64,000 nt of DNA from Eledone cirrhosa (taxonomy: Eukaryota): the NCBI GenBank assembly GCA_964016885.1, contig OZ024746.1, forward strand, positions 21,514,001 to 21,578,000, read 5' to 3'. Positions 52,720 to 64,000 of this stretch are shown one piece after another. The translations under genes and the position numbers were made by a program. Under the pieces are notes generated by a model that saw nothing but the letters and a program-made list of their open reading frames with translations, was not told where the DNA came from and ran no database searches. Within the stretch, counting starts at the first letter, position 1; the number at the start of each line of letters is the position of its first letter.

Positions 52720-54159
52720 TTTAGTCATAAGTGAAATATAGTCATAAGTCATAAGTGAAATAATGACATAATTGTCATGCATGTGTATGTATGTATGTTT
52801 GTGTGTCTGTTTGTATGTGTGTGTGTCTGTTTGTATGTATAAATAAGCCAGAGTTGGATGAAAAGAAAGATTAAATGTGGTGCAAGGAATTATGTCAGGT
52901 GGAACAGAGAAAAGAAGAAAGGTTTGAGGGAAGTCATGTTTTTTGATGTGGATATGGAAGAGGGTGGAATGTGGAGTTACACTGGTTGCATGCCTGAGGA
53001 AATGGGAAGATCAGGTAGGGTTGGGCGTGTGTGTGTGTGTGTAATTATGGTCATGCTAAGTTATATCATAGATTAGGAAATGATTGGGTCACCTCCCCAA
53101 CAGGAAATATCTGTTTTCTATAGAAGTGTGTGTGGGGGGTGGGGGTTATCTACCTTTCTTCTACCTTATGCAAATATATATATATGACCTTTATGTATAC
53201 TTGCAATTCCAAAATGGCTTGCTAACATATGTTCCTTAGTTGCTTTTTGAGTTAGTAAGTACTTCTATGTTTGTTGTACAAAATTGAAATATTTTTTCCA
53301 CAAGTTGATATTTCTCATATTTTGTGGCTATTATAAAACTTATGTTGCTATTATAAAAAGATAATGTGTGAACTCATAGTATATATCTTATAAAACAAGA
53401 GGTTTTTGCCTTCTCCAAAATATTCTTTGCAAAATTCTCCTGAAAGAAGAGTGTTAAACGAATTGCTGAAGCAAATTCTAGGATAAAATTGAAGTAATAT
53501 ATGTGACTTGGAGATATGTTTGGGGAAAGGTTTATGTATGAGTATAACAAAATACAATATAAATTCCAGCACAACTGAAGTTTTACAAAAGTATGCCATC
53601 TCTTCATATACATATCCACTCTCTTCACAAAGATGCATCAAAATGTACCAAGTTTACCTCCAAGCAATTTGTGCTTTGCTCCTCGTTAAGTACATATCAA
53701 TCAACTTAAGTACCATGTAGCTTAAAGCCATACACAGGGGATGCAGGTTTTCAGTTCAAATCTATTTGTATATTCTATTCGATATTCTAAACATAATCAA
53801 CATTTCTATCTGTTAACATTTTTATGAAGCTATTAGAAATGTTTGGCTGTGTATTTAAGTAGTAGCCCCATGCTAGGTCCTAACTAATCTTATCTTAAAT
53901 ATAGTATGTTAATTATTTATTTACATCAGTAATTATTTATTTACACTGAATGTAAATGAAACTTTTAAGTTATAATAAACAAACATATACAATGTCATGA
54001 AAAACCATTGACATTATATAAAAATAGTTGAGCAGTATCTAATAAAAACAAAACACACTGTTAAAAGGAAGGAAAAAAGAAAAAGAAAAAAGGATCAAGT
54101 AATGAAAGAAAGGTAGAGGTTGATGGATTGTCACTACAATTCGGTCTGAAAAGTGCCTC

Positions 54160-54360
54160 AGCCATATCCTGTAAACAAAACAACAATGATGTTACTGTGG
54201 AGACAGCTGTTACAACAGCCACCCCACCTATGGTGCTCCTGCTTCAACCATGCCACCATCTTTCTGATTTTATGGAGAAAATCAGCAGAGCAGGGTCCAA
54301 GAACACCAGAGGTCTCCACATAGACTGATACAAAGAGGAAATGGTCAGTCATTGTTATGA
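54160..54360 (-). mobile_element. CRE-like remnant, third copy
   Basis: DHFLFVSVYVETSGVLGPCSADFLHKIRKMVAWL. Confidence 0.65.
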
Positions 54361-56169
54361 AGAGAAGAAAACAGAACAAGATGTTTTAACACCTTCTGAA
54401 ATCATCAAATACCTGTTCAAATCAAACCAACATAAAAATACATTTTAAAATAAGCTGGTAAAATAGATAATTTTGTTGTTGTTGTTGTTGTTTATAAGCA
54501 CTGCATTTCAGATATACTGGTAAATTAATTGGTTGTAATTCATTTCTAGTATCATTAAACTTTGTTTATTTTTATCATTGCCAAATGAATAAAATTCTAG
54601 TAATTTACTGACAGTAAACATAGCATAATATTTCGACATAACTATTAACTTGATCAAATGTAGTTCTTTGTGAAAAATATTCTGATACTAACAGCAGTGA
54701 ATCCAAAAATATTCACCTCGGCTTGTTTTTCTCATCCTCCCTGGACAGGTCGAAAATGTGACCAGTTTGGGTGAAAGCTAGGATCAGAATGAGGCTATGG
54801 GGTTATGTATCATTGATCGCATGATTTTCTGTTGTGTTGTCTGGTAGCAACAAAACTATTTTTAGAAAACACTTGGTGGCTCTAGTGTGCAATTTTGAAT
54901 AAAAAGTTAGAATAGATACATACATAAGTGTGTGTATATATTTATATATATATACAAGGCTAGTCAAAGAGAATCAGTACAGCTTCAGCAGTTTCCTTAT
55001 TCACTCAATGATTTAATCAGGTTTGTATTATTAAAAGTACAAACCCTTTACTCAGAATGCACTCATATGTTAATCAGTAAGATAAGCAACTGCTATGTAT
55101 ATCTGCGTGTGTGGGTGTTAGAAGCAACATAATTCAGGTATACTGATAAATTAGTAAGTAGAAATTCATTTTCAGTGCAAAATGTTTTTTTATTTTTTTT
55201 TATCATTGTGAAAAGTATATACAATTTATTGATTATAATATAATCATATTTTCCAACTGTTGTGTGGTGTTATGTTAGTATCAGAATATTTTTGCATAAA
55301 ATGTATTTTCAAATGTAGGTTTTTGGGGAAAACTTTCTGAATATTGTCATTTCAATTAATATGATAATTTGTTAAAAAACAATAGTTAGGTGGGAATAGC
55401 AGGAATGTTATAGTTTGAATTAAATATTATAAAGTGTATAGTTTACCTTTAACTCTTGGTTTTCTTTGTACTTCATCTTTTTAGGTGATAATAAAATAAA
55501 TACGAGTGATGTACTGTAGATATTTGTCAGCTTGTACCAACATGAAAAATCAATATTATTTAGAACTAAAGTCATAAAACTCATCAAAAGTCAATATTTA
55601 TATTTCCTTCATTATCTATAATATTGGTGAAGAGTAAAAATTGTAATGATACTGTTTGTTTTTTGTTTGTTTGTTTTGTTTTGTTATTTTTTTCAAGGAC
55701 CTTTAATTTCCTCCCTGCACATGTTTTTCCTTTAACTATTCACTTGCAACAATTCAAGAAGAAAGTTAATTAATTCAATCTTCTCTGTCTCAGATAGCCT
55801 CCAAATTTCAGGAGTACAATGTCTTCTATTAAATATTAGGGTCAGTCCATCAGATGGTTTTCTTCAATAATTTCAATAACAAAAAAATTCCATTCACCAG
55901 GCATTAATTGGGCTGAGGCTGTGATAGAAGATGCTCAAAGTAAGTGCTGGATATTAGAATCAAAATCAATATTACAGAGCTGCAAAAGTGCTTTCTTAGA
56001 CATACAGCCACATTTATAGAGTCATTGCTCAAACAATGGAAAATATGTTAAATAATCTATAAACTTAACTTACCATTTCCTTCCACCCTCATTAGATTAT
56101 AGTTTTATACACATTATAGCTTTCTACTTCTGATTCTCTGTCCACTTAAGTTAGTTAACATGTGTTCTA

Positions 56170-56440
56170 AGCCAAAGGGTTACCAGACCAGTGCTTATCT
56201 CTGGTTTCCTTAGCATTAAGCAACTAAGAGTACAAAACTCTCCCTGGACAGGATGCTGGTCTATCACAGGTTTAAATCCCCAGCTACTACTGGTATTCAC
56301 TTATCTCAGCTGAGTGTACTGGAGTAACATGAAATAGTGTTTTGCTCAAGAACACAACACAGCAGCCTGTCCAGGAATCGAACCGATGACATTACGATGC
56401 TACATCAAGCATCCTAATCAATAGGCTATGTGCCTTCACA
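56170..56440 (-). mobile_element. SINE group B (tail type 2)
   Basis: Minus strand has GTGAAGGCACATAGCCTATTG, GGTTCGATTCCTGG and the TTCTTGAGCAAAACAC core. Confidence 0.78.
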
Positions 56441-56878
56441 TCCACTTCCTCATACCATTTTTGTGTTTCTCACTCTATCTCTAGACACTAATATATTTAC
56501 CTTACTCTAATTACAGCCTTTCCTCCTCCTTTTACACTCACTCTTCAAGACTACAGAACTTCTGATACATACAGTTGTATATACATACATATGTCATTTC
56601 CTTTTCAATCATTTGCTTTTTAATTTCACCATACACGATTCAAATATTATTTCTTATTTATTTATTTATTATTTATTTCAATTTCATCTTCAATGGTTTC
56701 TCATATATGAGTTTCAAAATAGATATGTTTATGGTTGTTATATGTATGGATGAGTATGTGTATATTTACATGCGTGTGTATGTATGTGCAAGTGTATGTG
56801 TGCAAACATATATGGATTTATACACACATACGTACATACAAAATGAGTAGATGTTTGGGCTTGCATGTATGTGTGCAT

Positions 56879-56925
<47 letters not shown>

Positions 56926-56966
56926 AATATGATAATAATGGAGCTGCGGCGTTGCAAATGGGTTAC

Positions 56967-57169
56967 ATATGAAAAAGTAAGTCCTTCATCAGTGACCCTC
57001 CAACCGTCCTAGGCATTTCATCGCTTTCACCCTAACGTCCCCTTTATTTACGTGTCCCAACGACTTTTTTTAGCCGTTGTTCGCACCAACCTGAGGTATA
57101 TGGCCCTTAAAGCGATGAAATGCCTAGGACGGTTGGAGGGTCACTGATGAAGGACTTACTTTTTCATAT
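56967..57169. repeat. Perfect 61-bp inverted repeat with 81-bp spacer
   Basis: ATATGAAAAAGTAAGTCCTTCATCAGTGACCCTCCAACCGTCCTAGGCATTTCATCGCTTT at 56967-57027 and its exact reverse complement at 57109-57169. Confidence 0.92.
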
Positions 57170-57337
57170 ATATATATATATGTATATATGTATTTCTTTA
57201 GGTTTGTTGGTTCACCACTGGATAGAATTGGTCATTCCGTATGGTCAATCCTGGTGTAATATTGTGAAGGGTACTCAATGCAGTGCAGTTCACCCATCTT
57301 TGTTTGTGTAGTTGGTGGTGCGAATACGGAGTTAATT

Positions 57338-57671
57338 ATAAATGAAATAACAGGAGGCTCGACTGGTGTAAATCCTTGAAAGGTTTAATATACTATGATC
57401 ATTTCAATGACCGGGTTCCATATGAATCCGGTGATATCATCAGGTATTGGAATATAACAAAGTCCTTTGGGGGCGGCTGGCTGAGAAGCTAGTCGGTCAG
57501 CCGTCCCTTCTGTCTCTGATTTTTCGGACCCATGGCTTTTTACATATTCCTTTGTTATATTCCAATACCTGATGATATCACCAGATTCATATGAAACCCA
57601 GTCATTGAAATGATCATAGTATAATAAACCTTTCAAGGATTTACACCAGTCCAGCCTCCTGTTATCTCATT

Positions 57672-57674
<3 letters not shown>
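57338..57674. repeat. Fold-back inverted repeat (about 125-bp arms) with an HHR-like motif
   Basis: Arms 57338-57462 and 57550-57674. Right arm reads CTGATGA TAT...ATA t GAAA CCCA GTC, then AATAAA. Confidence 0.85.
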
Positions 57675-58820
<1,146 letters not shown>

Positions 58821-58925
58821 ATACAAAGATCGGAATTAAGAGTATTCCGCAGTTCACTGTAATAATAATAATAATAGTATTAGCTCAAAGAAGAAATAGA
58901 GAATTTCCTTCTGAGCTCAAATGCA

Positions 58926-59278
58926 AGTATATATTACACAAGAGAAGTGTGTTACAGAGTGAGATGTGTGTAAAGAATTATTACGAGTATTTTTACCGTT
59001 ACTGTATAGAGAACAATATCTACAGGTTAGCAATTAAATAGAAAAAAAACCAATTCAGAAATCTCTGGATTAGAGTTTTAAATCAGTTTCAGCAAAATAT
59101 AGTTATAAGGTTTGTGATTTAAAACTGTAATCCAGAGATTTGATTCTGAATTGGTTTTTTTCTATTTAATTGCTAACCTGTAGATATTGTTTTCTATACA
59201 GTAACGGTAAAAACACTCGTAATAATTCTTTACACACATCTCACTCTGTAACACACTTCTCTTTGTGTAATATATACT
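58926..59278. repeat. Fold-back inverted repeat (about 160-bp arms, 29-bp spacer)
   Basis: Arms 58926-59085 and 59115-59278, very few differences; abuts (TA)n. Confidence 0.92.
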
Positions 59279-59284
59279 ATGTAG

Positions 59285-59340
<56 letters not shown>

Positions 59341-59664
59341 CTATATATATATATATATATATACATATATATATACAATAACGTATGTCGATAGAGTCAT
59401 TTGATAAGATATATAGACCAATCAGCATAATCAACCAAACAAAAAAACAATTAAACCAGGCTATAAGATTAAAAGGCACCTATGAAGAAATAATAAATAA
59501 ATAAACGACAGCCATCTATTCGCGATCAACAGCTATAGAATATTTACCCACCACTTCAATAGCACGTGGAAATCGATTAAATATATTGTCAACCATACAC
59601 AATTAGGTATAAAATTAAAGTTAGAAGAATATATATACATATATGTACATATATGTATACATGT

Positions 59665-59733
<69 letters not shown>

Positions 59734-59910
59734 ATTTTGGTGTAATTTTTAATTTAAAAATTTTAAAAATATTTTATGACATTATGTGCATCATGTATTC
59801 TGCCTTTTTCCATATAGCGCGGGCCTCGGAACCCCTCCATGCTAGTCCTTTAATCTTGTTCTGGTGACGCAGCTTGATGGAGCATGCAACTACTGAAATA
59901 CTCATGTTTA

Positions 59911-59960
59911 TAGGCTCTGATGATTCCTGCCATGGTGTATGGATGAAACACTGTTAGCTA
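59911..59960 (+). ncRNA. Minimal type-I hammerhead ribozyme, variant
   Basis: GGCT CTGATGA t TCC tgcc-at-ggtg tat GGA t GAAA C-act-G TT AGCT AATAAA; GUU triplet. Confidence 0.62.
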
Positions 59961-60114
59961 ATAAAACAATGTATTTCTAAGCACTCTTTGGTTATTCCTA
60001 TAACTATAACGGCTCTGTAATATACTAGTTATCCTACATTGAGCTAAAGCCACACTGTCATACCAAGGGCAATATATCTGCATGTCTGGGCATATTGATA
60101 TATTTGTCAACGAA

Positions 60115-60165
60115 ATATATATGTATATATATATATGTGTGTGTGTGCATATATATATATGTATG

Positions 60166-60199
<34 letters not shown>

Positions 60200-60685
60200 T
60201 GTGTGTGTATATATATATATGTGTATATATATATGTGTATATATATATATATATGTGTGTATATATATATATATGTGTATATATATATATGTGTATATAT
60301 ATATATGTGTATATATATATATGTGTATATATATATATATATGTGTATATATATATATATATGTGTATATATATATATGTGTGTATATATATATATATGT
60401 GTATATATGTGTGTGTATATATATATATATATATGTGTGTATATATATATATGTATGTATATATATGTATATATATATATATATGTGTGTGTATATATAT
60501 ACACATATATATATATATACACATATATATATATATACACATATATATATATATATACACATATATATATATACACATATATATATATACACATATATAT
60601 ATACACATATATATATATATACACACATATATATATATATACACATATATGTATATATGTATGTATATATATGTATATATATGTG

Positions 60686-60719
<34 letters not shown>

Positions 60720-60958
60720 TGTGTATATATATGTGTATATATATATATATATATATGTGTATATATATATGTGTATATATATATATATATATATGTGTGT
60801 ATATATATATATATGTGTACATATATATATATATATGTGTATATATATATATATATGTGTGTATATATATTTATATATATGTATATATATATATGTGTGT
60901 GTATATATATATATATGTATATATATATTTGTGTGTATATATATATATATACATATAT
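60115..60958. repeat. Compound (TA)n/(TG)n satellite with an internal polarity switch
   Basis: G-interrupted to about 60500, C-interrupted 60500-60650, then G-interrupted again. Confidence 0.92.
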
Positions 60959-62109
60959 AATGATACTATTTATAGTTATGTATATTTTAAACTATAAACA
61001 GGAAAGGTCAGTAATTTCCTACTACCTTATTACCAGTAAGAAAAATAGCTCAATGTAAGAACATCAGGTGTTTCACAGAGCAGGAAAATACAACTCTACA
61101 CAACTCCTATTTATATCTAACCTTATATTCTACAATAGCTATTAGAATTAAACATAAAGTTACCACCTTTTAATATAACTACTATAGCTTAATTATATTA
61201 TATACAGTAATAAATATATAATATGTAGTGACATTTAATGTAATATGTAATAATAAATTATATATACATTTATAATTAAATATTTAAATTAATAGCATTG
61301 TATATAAGGGATTTACTTTAACAAAATATAATAATAATAAAGTATATATACATTTATAATTAAATATATAAATTAATAGCATTGTATATATGGGATTAAC
61401 TTTTAACACAATAATGTATATTATTACACAAATGATCTAACTATTTCTACATGTAAACAGCTATACAATTTTCCATAACATATATCTTGTCCAGATAACA
61501 ATCTAATGAGACCTTTAATGTATTTTAGGAAAATACACTGTATTTAAAATTAAGTATAAATATATAACATTATGTAATAGAGATTCACTTGTATCACAAT
61601 ATAATGTGTATTAGAGCAAAGAATTTAAATAATTGAATTTAATTAGCTAGTTACCTCCCCTTACGCATTAGCTCCCCTTAATCTTGGATCTCATACTCAC
61701 TTCCGGAAATTAAACCGTTGGAAAAACTACCTGTTGAACAACTCTAATCCATGAATAAGAATACAATAAGACCAATTTACAATCCATTGCTGTAACTAAC
61801 TTAAAGCATTCAATATAAACATTAACTAAAATATAATTTAACATATGTAATGGAAAGGACTACAATAACTTTGATTTTCTCAACACACACAAATTCGAAC
61901 ACTATCATCATATTACTTCCGCCATAAATTTTAATACATTAACATATTTGCTTACCATACAGTATTTATTTATTTATTTATCTATATATGCAAAATATCT
62001 TTGCTTTTTTCCTTCTCATATATATGACAAACGCATGTGCACTTTCTACACGCTTGCATATGTACTGTTAATGTACTCATTCTTTCTCAATGCCTCTTTA
62101 ATTACTAGA

Positions 62110-62399
62110 CTATTCTCTTGTATTATCTGTCGCATGTATTCCACTCTGTGCTTTTAATTTGAATTTGAATTTTTGTACAATTCTCGTATAATATATGTCG
62201 CATCCAGTACACCCTGTAAATACGAAACTGTTGCTCACAACATCAATATATATGTATCTATATGATTGTTTAGTTGAATAGGAGGTCCATTATATGTACA
62301 AACATTGATAATGCTCCGATGACTCCAAACGAAAGTTTGGAAGAAACGATTGTCAGCAATTAAATGATTTGAACACAATTTTGATAATTGTCTAATTTT

Positions 62400-62400
<1 letters not shown>
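62110..62400 (+). mobile_element. PLE-type terminal repeat, diverged family P2 member
   Basis: Shares AATTTGAATT...TGTACAA...GTATAATATATGTC and TTATATGTACAAACATTGA..ATGCTCCGA.GACTCCAA with 21040 and 26841; ends at (TA)n. Confidence 0.72.
62312..62358 (+). ncRNA. Minimal hammerhead ribozyme, variant core (family P2)
   Basis: TGCT CCGATGA c TCCAAAC-gaaa-GTTTGGA a GAAA C-gatt-G TC AGCA. Four-bp stem I, seven-bp stem II with GNRA loop, GUC triplet. Confidence 0.8.

Positions 62401-64000
<1,600 letters not shown>

Noticed and set aside
59170-59230. HHR in the 58926 fold-back arm (CTGTAGA...AAAAC-actc-GTA)
   Set aside because: Two core positions are wrong in both arms; kept only as an inverted repeat.

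Overview
AT-rich eukaryotic genomic DNA, probably from an octopus/cephalopod (inferred from the SINE families, RTE/Penelope content and very long (TA)n tracts; not verified). The + strand of 4126-31797 carries the last eight coding exons of a follistatin-related FSTL4/FSTL5-like gene (Ig-like domain plus C-terminal beta-propeller-like region). All introns are GT-AG, phases are consistent, and the exons give about 507 aa ending in TAA at 31797; the 5' part of the gene lies upstream of the window. The rest is intronic or intergenic repeat DNA: two tRNA-derived SINE groups, RTE, R4/Dong-like and CRE-like LINE remnants, Penelope-like (PLE) RT and GIY-YIG remnants, MITEs and microsatellites. Almost all long ORFs in the six-frame track are microsatellite artefacts. 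The main signal is about a dozen minimal type-I hammerhead ribozyme (HHR) motifs, intact or decayed, from several unrelated PLE-type terminal repeats. Many have non-canonical cores and palindromic stem III, and several sit in fold-back inverted-repeat cassettes next to (TA)n tracts. Inverted repeat pairs also bracket individual FSTL exons, which makes them circRNA or ADAR-editing candidates. All folds and alignments were done by eye.
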